A stretch of 63,735 bases of DNA, filler included, from Octopus bimaculoides (GCF_001194135.2; 11 parts of 11 records of this genome joined end to end with filler, not necessarily neighbours in it); one strand, 5' to 3'; numbered from the whole stretch's first letter, positions 52,497 through 62,597 are shown. Notes: generated by a model from the letters alone, not told the origin. Numbers and translations are program-made.

Positions 52497-52664
52497 ACTA
52501 TTAAACCTTGGGAGAGGCATTATGCCAGTAATAAACACACGCACTGGTTCGGTCCTTTATTTATTTATAAACAGTATTTAGGTTTTTGTTAAATCATTTC
52601 ATTGCACTCTTGCAATCTCTTCAGTATTATTACCAGCATAATGCCTCTCCGAAGGTTTAATAGT
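52497..52664. mobile_element. MITE-like fold-back with 38-bp arms
   Basis: actattaaaccttgggagaggcattatgccagtaataa (52497-52534) versus the reverse complement of 52627-52664; 3 mismatches. Confidence 0.75.
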
Positions 52665-53300
52665 ATTTCTTTCAACACACGTATCCACATCAAGAATCTT
52701 GCACACCAAATACACATACAAAATATTGTGTTTTCTTTTCCTTTTATGCAAACTGTCAAATTTAACCCAAACACCCTGTATATATGTATATTTATATATA
52801 TGTAACGATAAATGTTAGAGTCGGAGGTTACCAATTGTAACGGTAGAAGCAGTAATTCGTTTTGAGTTATTATCAAAATGTAACGGGTGTTGAAGTTGCA
52901 GATGTGAAAGAAGAGCAATGGTTGAAGTTGATGTTGACTCCAAATTTTATTTACCGTTATTTTATATGTAAAGTCACACACGATGGTGGGTGTATATAAT
53001 ATAATTGAGAGTTAATTTTTCCTTGTATAAGTGTGTGCATGTTCTTGTCATTGTAGCACTAAAAAGAGAGAGACAGAGTGATGCTTGATAGAAGAGAAAG
53101 ATGAGCTAGTTAAAGTGAGAGAGAGTAGAGGGAAGTTGTATGTATCATAGTGGCTGATTGTTTTCTCTCGTCCTCTGGTCGTTTCTGGCTGTCTCCTTTC
53201 ACCAACTAACCTTTCCTTATGGAATTTTAGTATTTACAACCATGCAAGACAGCTAGAAAAAGAGGTATATTGCCGAGAACAATGGGCAGCTCGACATAGG

Positions 53301-53487
53301 TCACCCTTTTCTAATTTCACCTTCAGATGGCTTAAAAGAGATTAAAAAATCAAATGGAAAACTCATAAATTGACTCAGCAAAGCCATGTGTTGAATATAA
53401 CTCCTGTCAACTATTGTTTTTCTGTGAGAAAATGCTGCTGAAACATTAGGGGAAATTTGAAGATTCAGGTTCGAATCTACTCTATAC
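53301..53487 (-). CDS. Candidate next (possibly terminal) exon of the minus-strand host gene
   Basis: The acceptor tttag|G at 53487 is phase-compatible with the CG| end of the 939-nt exon (giving R-YRVDSNLNLQISP...), and the frame is open to TGA at 53301. The acceptor is only moderate and no homology was recognised. Confidence 0.3.
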
Positions 53488-53598
53488 CTAAATGAAGTCA
53501 CTACATATATATAGTGTACTGTTCCGTGGTGGTAAGATCAAGAAAAAAATGTTATCTATCTGGCGAGAGTTAAATATCATTTAATAAACACAGTATAT

Positions 53599-53849
53599 GG
53601 TGGAGGCACGTGGCTTAGTGATTAGGGTTTCAGCATCATGATCGTAAGATTGTGGTTTTGATACCTGGACAGGGCGACGCATTGTGTTCTTGAGCAAAAC
53701 ACTTCATTACACGTTGCTCCAGTCCACTCAGCTGGCAAAAATGAGTAATCCTGTGAGAGACTGGCATCCTGTCCAGCTGGGGAACACATACGCCATTGAA
53801 ACCGGGCCCATGAGCCTGGCTAGGCTTTAAAAGGGTACATTTATTTTTT
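53599..53849 (+). mobile_element. SINE family 3, full length, with a 14-bp target-site duplication
   Basis: tRNA-like head; flanked by taaacacagtatat at 53585-53598 and 53850-53863. Confidence 0.92.
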
Positions 53850-53870
53850 TAAACACAGTATATACTTTTA

Positions 53871-54009
53871 TGAACTACTAATAGATTCATGCAGCGAAAA
53901 CAACTCAGACAGCATTTTATAATACGTCTGGTGTATTACATGAACACACCAGACATGTTATAAAATGCTGTCTGAGTTGTTTTCACTGCATGAATCTATT
54001 AGTAGCTCA
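53871..54009. repeat. Fold-back with arms of about 64 bp
   Basis: tgaactactaatagattcatgcagcgaaaacaactcagacagcattttataatacgtctggtgt pairs with its downstream reverse complement; about 4 mismatches and a short loop. Confidence 0.9.
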
Positions 54010-54150
54010 TTACTACATACACAAAATTTAAAGACAGAGCGAGAGAGAGAGGGAGAGAGAGCAATTTATCATATATACAGAAGCTAAACAATCAAGCTGT
54101 ACCCTACTGCTGAGTCTGTATATAACAACAAGTCAAGTGGTAAGACTTAC

Positions 54151-55089
54151 CGATATATTGGTGCTGCCGAACACATATGACCATGGTGGATGCATTTGGT
54201 AACTTTACAACAGTCATCCAAAGAATACATGGTACCCACATCTGGTTCATCTTGTGATGCATAAAATGCATTGTTTCTGTTACTTTGCATGAGGGGTGCA
54301 GTACCATAGTCATATTTGTCTTCTATAATGGCACTAGAATATGGTTTGGTAATAAAACTACTCATTTCACCACCAGACCTTTGTGCAGCAATGTATTTTG
54401 GTTCAACTTGCTGGTTCCAGTGAGCAGAACCATATTGTATATTTTCTTTGAAGCTGTCCATCATAGGGGTTGCGAACCTTGAAGAGCTTCTGTGATTTGT
54501 TAGGGGTTGTGTTCCATCATTATAATGGTCTATACTTTGCTGGAATTGTGAAGATTTATTACATGATATTGCTTGAACTCTTGGAGGAGGTTGACGTTCT
54601 TTATATATACCATGATAAATTCTATTTGGAGTGTAATAAGGGGTGTTTACTAAATTAGGGGCCGGAGTCATCATTGTCCTCATCATAGTTTTGGGTTGCT
54701 GGGGTTTAATTTGATAAACACCAGTGGTGCCAGAATGATCTGGGCTTGAAGACATCTGTGAGTTCCTCTCAATATTATATTTGGCTAAATTTAATTTTGG
54801 ATCATCTGTGAAGAATGTTGTAGTTTGGTGATTTGAGGAAGCATTGCTGTTGATGACTGGATGTCTGGGAGGATATTTGGCAGATTTGTTTATCTGTGTT
54901 GGGATGTATGGATTTGGGGGATTATCAGTAGATGTTGTTGAAGAAAAGTGATGTGTTAATGGCTGCAAGTTTTCTGCTTTGGAGTCATTTATCTCAGCAT
55001 TCTCAAATTTTGGATTATGCCGGCTGATTCTGCGATTAAATGTTTCTTTCAGGAATTCAATTTCTTGTTGCAAAGCCTCAAGCTTTTTC
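54151..55089 (-). CDS. Large internal exon of an unidentified host gene (short coiled-coil-like start, then P/S/T/N/Q-rich low-complexity region)
   Basis: Stop-free 312 codons (KKLEALQQEIEFLKETF...HMCSAAPIYR) in non-repetitive sequence. Acceptor ttcttatcattcag|G at 55089, donor CG|gtaagt at 54151/54150, phase 2 at both ends. Confidence 0.85.
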
Positions 55090-55154
55090 CTGAATGATAA
55101 GAATTAATAAAAATATTAAGACAACTACTACTACTACTACTAATAATAATAATA

Positions 55155-55365
55155 ATTCTTTCTACTATAGGCACAAGGCCTGAAATTTGGGGGAGGGGAA
55201 TAGTTGATTACATCAACCCCAGTACTCAGCTGGTATCTATTTTATCAACCCTGAAAAGATGAAAGGCAAAATCAACCTCGGCAGAATTTGAACTCAGAAC
55301 ATAGTGACAGGTGAAATATCTCTAAGCATTTTGTCCAGCACGATGACAATTCTGCCAGCTCACAG
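55155..55365 (-). mobile_element. SINE family 2, tandem copy 1
   Basis: Full head-to-tail match to 11050-11230; ends in an (ATT)n tail on the sense strand. Confidence 0.85.
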
Positions 55366-55384
55366 CCTTACAAAACTAATAATA

Positions 55385-55595
55385 ATCTTTTTTACTAAGG
55401 GTACAAGGCCTGAAATTTTTTTGTGGGGTTGGGGTGATTAGTCAATTGCATTGACCCTCGTGTTTCACTGCTTCTTAATTTATTGACCCCGAAATGATAA
55501 AAGGCAAAGTCGACCTCGGCAGAATTTGAACTCAGATAAAATGCCACTAAGTATTTTGTCAGGCGAGCTAATGATTCTACCAGCTCACTGCCTTA
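55385..55595 (-). mobile_element. SINE family 2, tandem copy 2
   Basis: Same orientation; separated from its neighbours by (taa)n. Confidence 0.85.
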
Positions 55596-55609
55596 CAATA
55601 ATAATAATA

Positions 55610-55752
55610 ATTCTTTCCACTAAAAGCACAAGGCCTGAAATTTTGTGGGAGAAGACTAGTCAATTACATTGACCCCCAGTGTTTCGCTGGCACTTAATTT
55701 ATCAACCCCAAAAGGATGACAGGCAAAGTTGACCTCAGCAGAATTTGAACTT
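55610..55752 (-). mobile_element. SINE family 2, tandem copy 3 (5'-truncated)
   Basis: gcacaaggcctgaaattttg...aaaggatgacaggcaaagttgacctcagcagaatttgaact. Confidence 0.8.
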
Positions 55753-55930
55753 GAATTCCAAAAAGAAGAAAGGATTAAAGATAAAAAAAAAAAACTCAAT
55801 CTATTTGTGATACATGCATAAATGCAATTGGAGTCCACGTATGGATTTTGCTATGAAGTGAAAATGGGGACACTGATGATTTTGATTTTGCTTGGGATTG
55901 GTCGAATGTGTATGTCGATTACAGGATATA

Positions 55931-56147
55931 TGAAGGGGTGCTGAAAAGTTCCTGACTTTGGGTAAAAGAAAATACAGGAGGATCAGTTAATTATGATTTT
56001 ATTCAACATATTCCCCTGCCTGATTCACATACTCATTGGAACAGTCCTTCAGTTTTCCTAAGTCCTGAAAAAGAACTCAGAAGGTTGGGCCTCCAACCAG
56101 GCTTTTCACAATACCCTTAAAGTGTGAAACTTTTCAGCACCCACTAG
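55931..56147. mobile_element. Mariner-type MITE
   Basis: TIR core gggtgctgaaaagtt / aacttttcagcaccc; TA dinucleotides at 55929-55930 and 56148-56149. Confidence 0.8.
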
Positions 56148-56569
56148 TATTTCTCTTACGTTCTATTTCTTTATCTTAATTTGTTTAGATGCATCATGAC
56201 ACCTCTTACATCAGTCAGATTGATGAATCAAGGCAATAACTTTTCCAACATGTTAAGTAAAACTGTAAGGATTTTAGTAATTGCTAAAAGCAACAGTAAC
56301 ATCCACCCCTAGGGGTCAGCCACACTTAAGTGGCAATATACTACACTTTATCGTGCAGTTACTGTTAATACTTCATTTAGAGAATTAACATTAATTGNNN
56401 NNNNNNNNNNNNNNNNNNNNNNNNNNNNNNNNNNNNNNNNNTTAATTAATTAANNNNNNNNNNNNNNNNNNNNNNNNNNNNNNNNNNNNNNNNNNNNTAT
56501 ATATCAGGTGCAGATTGCATTGAATAACCAGCAGGAAGGTGCAACCTCCTGGGGTTAAATATTCTTAGG

Positions 56570-56740
56570 TACAGGTGTGGCTGTGTGGTAAGAAGCTTGC
56601 TTCCCAACTACATGGTTCTAGGTTCAGTTTCTTCTACTATAGCCTCAGAAGTCCTGGGGTTGATTTGTTTGTCTAAAACCTTTGAAGGTGGTATTCCAGC
56701 TTGACTACTGTCAAAGGACTGAAACACATAAAAGTATAGA
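56570..56740 (+). mobile_element. SINE family 1, internally deleted (no microsatellite)
   Basis: Head caggtgtggctgtgtggtaagaagcttgcttccc joined directly to the 3' domain gtcctggggttgatttg...ggactgaaacacataaaag. Confidence 0.75.
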
Positions 56741-59130
56741 AGAATACACATTAAATGATGATGATGATGGCATACATACATATATATATATATATGGTGG
56801 GGGGCTGTTATCTTGCAAAATCCAGGGGTTTTTAGAATTGATCTAATTCAACTAGGTACTGGGTCAGTTTTAAGGGAAGGAGTTATATTTCATGAGATCA
56901 TTGTCTGTTATTGTGAATGCCTAATTTCTTGGTCAGAAACTAATGGAATGTAAAGAAAAGTCAACTCTGGCTGTATTTGAACTTAGAACATAAGAGAGTT
57001 GAAGTAAATTAGTGTAAAACCTAGTGCCTTACCAATTCTGTTAACCTACAACATTTATGTCATAAACTCAAATAGCAATATGTTTTATATGAAATAGGCT
57101 GCTTGGGGTGTCATTATAAGTAGTTGAAGGGTTTAGCTTTTTGCCAAATGTATCTTTGGTTCAAATCTCACCCAAGATAATATAATCATGCTTCCAGTCA
57201 TCTAACTACAAGACTTCTCCTCTACCCCTCTCCTTTTTAAATTGCGAAAATAAAACGTAAAATGTTGGCTTTGTGTTTTGTCAAATAGAAGTTGATATTT
57301 ACACAAAAGATATCTGAAGTATATTTGTTACAGCTTTTCAGAGTTCTGCATATTTTCATATTTTGATTATTACGAAGAAAAGAAAGAAAAAAAAAACAGA
57401 AAGAAAAACAAAAACAAAAAGAAACTGATTTCATATTCTTACCTTGATGCTGTGGTGCAATAATGAAAATGATTACATACTGTCATAACTTACAATTTCA
57501 CTGCAATTAAATTTACACATTCTCTTGTGCTCAGCTCCCCTCGTTATCTCACACTCTGCACACACTACATATATTTACACTTCTTTATTGTTCAGTTCAC
57601 ATCTATTAATAACTAGTGTTTATATTGAACAAATATTGGCAGCAGATATTATTCCAATATTATCTTTTATATTATTTCCTATATCTTTAAAAATGCTTTC
57701 GTAGAAGGCAGGATGGCAGGTGGGGGTGGGGAGAAACTTTAGCATGCTTCTTCTCTTTGTAAAGCTTTATTTGATATTCTGTTGAAATTAAGAAAAGTTT
57801 AATAATTCTAGGTATTTTTACATTATTTTTTTCTGTTTATTTGAGTCATTAGAAAAAAAATTTTAAATGCATGATGAATGTGATATCTTGTAGTAGATGC
57901 CAGTTACCATAAAATCATGCATGGTTCACATATTGACATTTTTAAATGTAAATCCTTGCAAAATGCTTTCTGTTATTTATTTTGTTTGTTTTTCTTTTCT
58001 TTGGTACACAAAGAAGACACTTAATAATTCAGACAGAGAATTCTGTTATTTATTCTTTGTGGAATAGTCAACAGTTAAACCATTTTCTTTCTTTCGTCTC
58101 GGCCACTGGTTATTTAACTTTGAACAAAGTCTTCCTTATATGCTCGCATCTTGAGATTAGTATAGGATTCTTGGCTTCAATTTCAGCATTATCAATAATT
58201 TATTGACAATTTCCATTTTTTATTTAAAAAAAAAAATCTTTTTTTCATTTTTGCTCATCAAATATTCCCTCTGTATTTTTTCTTCCTTTATTTTTTTTGT
58301 CATTATTGTTGTCTTTCCATTGCTTTGGTAGTTGAGAGCTTAGGAAAGCTTCAGTCTTCAAGAAGATAAGAATACGAAACAAAAAAAAACAAAAACAAAA
58401 AAAATCATACTGAATAAAGAAATTAATACAATTTTAAATGCAGTTGAAATTTGACTGCTAATTGATACCATCTCCAGATAGAATAACGAGCTTAAATTTC
58501 TCTCTCAAGTTTAGCATAATGACAATTTTTAACAATTTCCTAAATGTCAACCAGACTTAGCAATGATTATTTCATTTTCATTTACTGTTGAGGTTGACTC
58601 ATAACTTCCTAACACTATATATTATTATTGTAAGGCAAAAAATATTTAGTGTTTATGTTTTCGTTGGCGATTTCTAAACATCTGTGCATAGAAAAAGCAA
58701 CTTGCAGCCTTTCTCAACAGACATGGTTCCACTTAGATAGTAGCTGAGAGATGCAGCTGGCAAAACAACTTAATGAACTCAATACTTGCTTAATAGCTAA
58801 AATTCTAAGCCCTGTGTCTTTGTAAAATAATGGAATGAGTTTCTATATGGTAATACTTAAAATTGACATGTGCGCTTGTAGTTGAAACTGCTGTCCCTGG
58901 CAAATTTTGTCAATGATCTTCAGTTACTTTACAGGGTTTTGTGTGTGTATGTATGCATATGCTTGTAGATATATATGTATATAATATATGTGTGCGTGTG
59001 TGTATATATAGATATTTATTTATTCATATATGAAGCAGAAGTGGCTGGAGGTATGTAAACAAAATAAAGCACTCATACGCAAGGTATGTATGTTCATGGA
59101 TCGGCTGTAGTTTTTTAGGCATAAGAAAAT

Positions 59131-59295
59131 ATAAAGTGATAGTATGTTGTCAACTTAATGTGACAGTCCCATAAAAGGGAAGAATGCTATTGTTATTTAG
59201 CCCAAAGAAACACTGTTTCCTAGAGCTAAATAACAGTAGCATTCTTCCCTTTCAAGGGACTGTCACATTAAGTTGACAACATACTATCACTTTAT
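59131..59295. repeat. Near-perfect 165-bp fold-back
   Basis: Outer 40-bp arms are perfect complements; inner 27-bp arms have one T/G mismatch. Confidence 0.95.
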
Positions 59296-59366
59296 CATAC
59301 TGCTACTGCATAAATCTCTCTGAGAGATTTAAAAGTATATAATTTCTGTAAGAAAATATATTCTCT

Positions 59367-59439
59367 ATGCACGTGGTGAGAAAAACACCTGAAAGTAAGA
59401 CCGTGACTTAATTTCAGGTGTTCTTTACACCAGGTGCAT
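59367..59439. mobile_element. 73-bp fold-back with a 9-bp target-site duplication (Mutator-like micro-MITE)
   Basis: Arms atgcacgtggtgagaaaaacacctgaaa / tttcaggtgttctttacaccaggtgcat, flanked by atattctct at 59358-59366 and 59440-59448. Confidence 0.65.
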
Positions 59440-59699
59440 ATATTCTCTTATACCTAAAAACTGCAACTGACCCATGAACTAACAACATGCATAACTTGTG
59501 TATGTGTGTTCAATTTTGTTTATATATATCATCATGATCATCGTCGTCGTTTAACGTCCGCTTTCCATGCTAGCATGGAAAGCTAAAGTGAAAGCTAAAA
59601 ATGATGATGAGAAATGCAGTTTGTGTGTGTGCATGCACAAACACATATACATGTAGATATTATGCACACAAACACACACATATGTTTTTATATATATAT

Positions 59700-60050
59700 G
59701 AAATGCACCATTTTGAGCGTGACCATTGCCAGTGCCATCTGGCTGGCCTTCGTGGGATTTTCGAGCGAGATCGTTGCCAGTGCCCCTGGACTGGCTCTTG
59801 TGCGGGTGGCACATAAAATGCACCATTTTGAGAGTGGCCGTTGCCAGTACCGCCTAACTGGCCTTCGTATGGGTGACACGTAAAAGCACCCACTACACTC
59901 TCTGAGTGGTTGGCGTTAGGAAGGGCATCCAGCTGTAGAAACTCTGCCAAATCAGATTGGAGCCTGGTGTAGCCATCTGGTTTCACCAGTCCTCAGTCAA
60001 ATCGTCCAACCCATGCTAGCATGGAAAGCGGACGTTAAACGATGATGATA
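59700..60050 (+). mobile_element. RTE 3' UTR with (GAT)n tail (same family as 122-600)
   Basis: The reverse complement matches 122-600, including the subrepeats; ends ggacgttaaacgatgatgat. Confidence 0.9.
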
Positions 60051-60411
60051 TATATANNNNNNNNNNNNNNNNNNNNNNNNNNNNNNNNNNNNNNNNNNNN
60101 TTAATTAATTAANNNNNNNNNNNNNNNNNNNNNNNNNNNNNNNNNNNNNNNNNNNNAAATTTTACCACTTGAAAATTCTGAGGAAAAGAAAATTATAATC
60201 TTAATTAGACTCATGAAAAGTAAATATATTGACGAGATTGGCACTTTCTTTCCAGTACAAACAAACACACACTCATATAAACATGACAGGCTTTCACATA
60301 ATTTCTGTCAAGGCATTGGTCAACCCTGGACTGCATAGAAAACACTTCCGAAGTTGGGGTGCATGGGAATCGAACCAAAAACCACAAGGTTTCTAAATGA
60401 GCCTATTTAAG

Positions 60412-60593
60412 AAGGTAAAAAGAGAGAAAATAGAAAGCTTCTGACAATGCAGAAAGTTTAATAAAACCTTTATATTTCAGGCGTAATTTGAATGGGTTAA
60501 TGGAACCTATATAACTGGACTTTTCTTAGACTGTTCTTTGCACCTGAAATATAAAGGTTTTATTAAACTTTCTATTTTCTATCTTTTTACCTT
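60412..60593. repeat. Fold-back/MITE with arms of about 50 bp
   Basis: Inner 31-bp arms are perfect (60451-60481 and 60543-60573). Outer arms have 1 mismatch, and the left arm carries an extra segment of about 17 bp. Confidence 0.85.
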
Positions 60594-61092
60594 TATCGAT
60601 ATTACAATGCTTTAAGTGAACTACAACACTCTTATGAGACTCTTTCTTTGAAGAGCTGGTGTGTGCAAGAAACTATATCTGGCCTTTAAATGTAGTACTA
60701 TATATTGCATAATTATTCCCATGTGATTCATCATTGCATGTCAGAGTATATGATATGGCTCTCAGCTCAGCAGAACATGTTAAAGCTAGAATAACATGAG
60801 TTGTTCCTAGTTCAACCAACTGCCTGTGTGCCATGGGACTACTTAAGCTGAGTTGACATGTAACTACACAACTACTAAGACACATTGAAAAGTTTAAGTA
60901 CAGATTTACAAAGTTCATATTTTCAGCACTTTTCTTATTACCTACATATATAGGTACAGATGTGGCAGTGTTGTCTTGGGTTTAATCCCACTGCACAGCA
61001 CCTTGGGAAAGTATCTTCTATTATAGCTCCAGGTCAAAGCCATATATGTGTGTATATATATATATATACAGTCTGTTAAAGTCTGTCATACC

Positions 61093-61132
61093 GGCCATGA
61101 CGAAGGGAAATAGCCCTGAAACTCGAGTCGCC
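61093..61132 (+). ncRNA. Minimal type-I hammerhead-ribozyme-like motif with a palindromic loop III
   Basis: GGC-CATGACGA-AGGG-aaatag-CCCT-GAAA-C-TCGA-G-TC-GCC; one extra A in the core. Confidence 0.65.
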
Positions 61133-61481
61133 TTTATATATATATATTTATATTTATATATTTATATATTTGATCCTTTATATTGAACACTCAATATTTC
61201 ATCTACATTCAATACTTTCTTTCATGGTGCCATCCATTTTTATTTTATTTTATTTTATATTGTATATTGTATATTCCATATTCTATACCCCACATTAGTT
61301 CTGCAGGAATATAAATAAAACATAAAAAACAGACAGTGTTGGAACTCTTTTAAGCAAAATAATATATTCCTCTATACACAANNNNNNNNNNNNNNNNNNN
61401 NNNNNNNNNNNNNNNNNNNNNNNNNTTAATTAATTAANNNNNNNNNNNNNNNNNNNNNNNNNNNNNNNNNNNNNNNNNNNN

Positions 61482-61822
61482 AACGCAGATTCTGAACAAC
61501 ACAACAATATTTATTTACAGTGGAATTCGGCTCACGCTTGGAGGGAATTCGGTAGCTCGTCGCCTTTGGTTACTGAGACGCCGTCAATGAAGTTCGTGGT
61601 TATTTGTGTAGCTCTAGTGCTGGAATGTTGGAGAGAGCTCTGTGGGACGTCTAGGCTCGACGGAAATCAGTGAACGAAGAGAGTGAAAAGAAGCGCGAAA
61701 GCTTGGATGTCGAACTCTACGCATGCGCATGAGACTCTTCCTGTATTCCTTCCGGAACTAGTCCCTGCGCATGCGTGGATAAACTTTCCGGAAATGTCGT
61801 ATGCTATAAAGTCGTCACTACA
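61482..61822 (-). mobile_element. 3' LTR of a Gypsy element (distal end lost in a gap)
   Basis: On the minus strand, the polypurine tract gagggggagcca is followed by TGTAGTGACG (the LTR start at 61822); AATAAA lies at 61510-61515. Confidence 0.8.
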
Positions 61823-62597
61823 TGGCTCCCCCTCGAGTGCCGAAAGCACGAAAATAGAAAATTTGGAGGGGTGCCTGAGGCAAGATGGCTACCGAAAAAC
61901 ACCCACAAGATGTGGCACAAATATATATAACGAAAATCAAAAAAAGTGATGTACAATTGTGAGATACATGCATGCATGTACAAAAGAATTGACAATGACA
62001 AAACAACCGTGATGACAACTGTCCAGGAAACTGGAATCACGCGATGTAAAAGTCTGATTTTTTCTTTTTTTTTTTTCCTGAAAGGAAAGAAAATGTTCAA
62101 TAGGAAAGCACTGAAATTGTCCAATGAAACACAATAAGTTAAACGTAAATAGTCTTTGCCAGTTTCTTTGGCCAATGCACTGTCCTGCCAGATCTAGTGA
62201 CATAAGGGTCACTTGAGCTTCGTCGCAACGACGAAGGTGGAGTGATTTCCGGTGTGTGTTCTTGTGATGGTGTTGATGTATGGATTGGTAATGATGTTGA
62301 CAGTGGTGTGTGTGGTGGTAATGATGTTGACAGTGGTGTGTGCGGTGTTTGAAAAACGGGCACGTCGTCCACGGAAGTTGAGGGTTTTTCAAGGTACGCT
62401 TTTTTCAGACGGTCGACAGACACGACCTCTGTACGACCATTAGTGTCGACCTGGAAAAACTTTGGAGTGCGAGAAAGCACACGAAAGGGTCCTTTATAGG
62501 GAGAAACAAGGGGTCCTTTGACAGAATCATCCCGAATGAATACATGAGATCAAGACTTAATGTCTGCTGGCACTTAAAAGGGGGGTGACTGTCGTCT
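61823..62597 (-). mobile_element. Gypsy-type LTR retrotransposon 3' internal region (integrase C-terminus)
   Basis: SHVFIRDDSVKGPLVSPYKGPFRVLSRTPKFFQVDTNGRTEVVSVDRLKKAY...YVTRSGRTV, containing the GPY/F motif and the VSxDRLK motif. Confidence 0.92.

Noticed and set aside
52589-52981. 130-aa minus-strand ORF as a candidate downstream exon
   Set aside because: Its most protein-like part overlaps the MITE arm at 52627-52664 and it includes TA-repeat sequence.
60673-60918. 81-aa minus-strand ORF as an upstream exon
   Set aside because: No convincing acceptor/donor pair and no recognisable homology.
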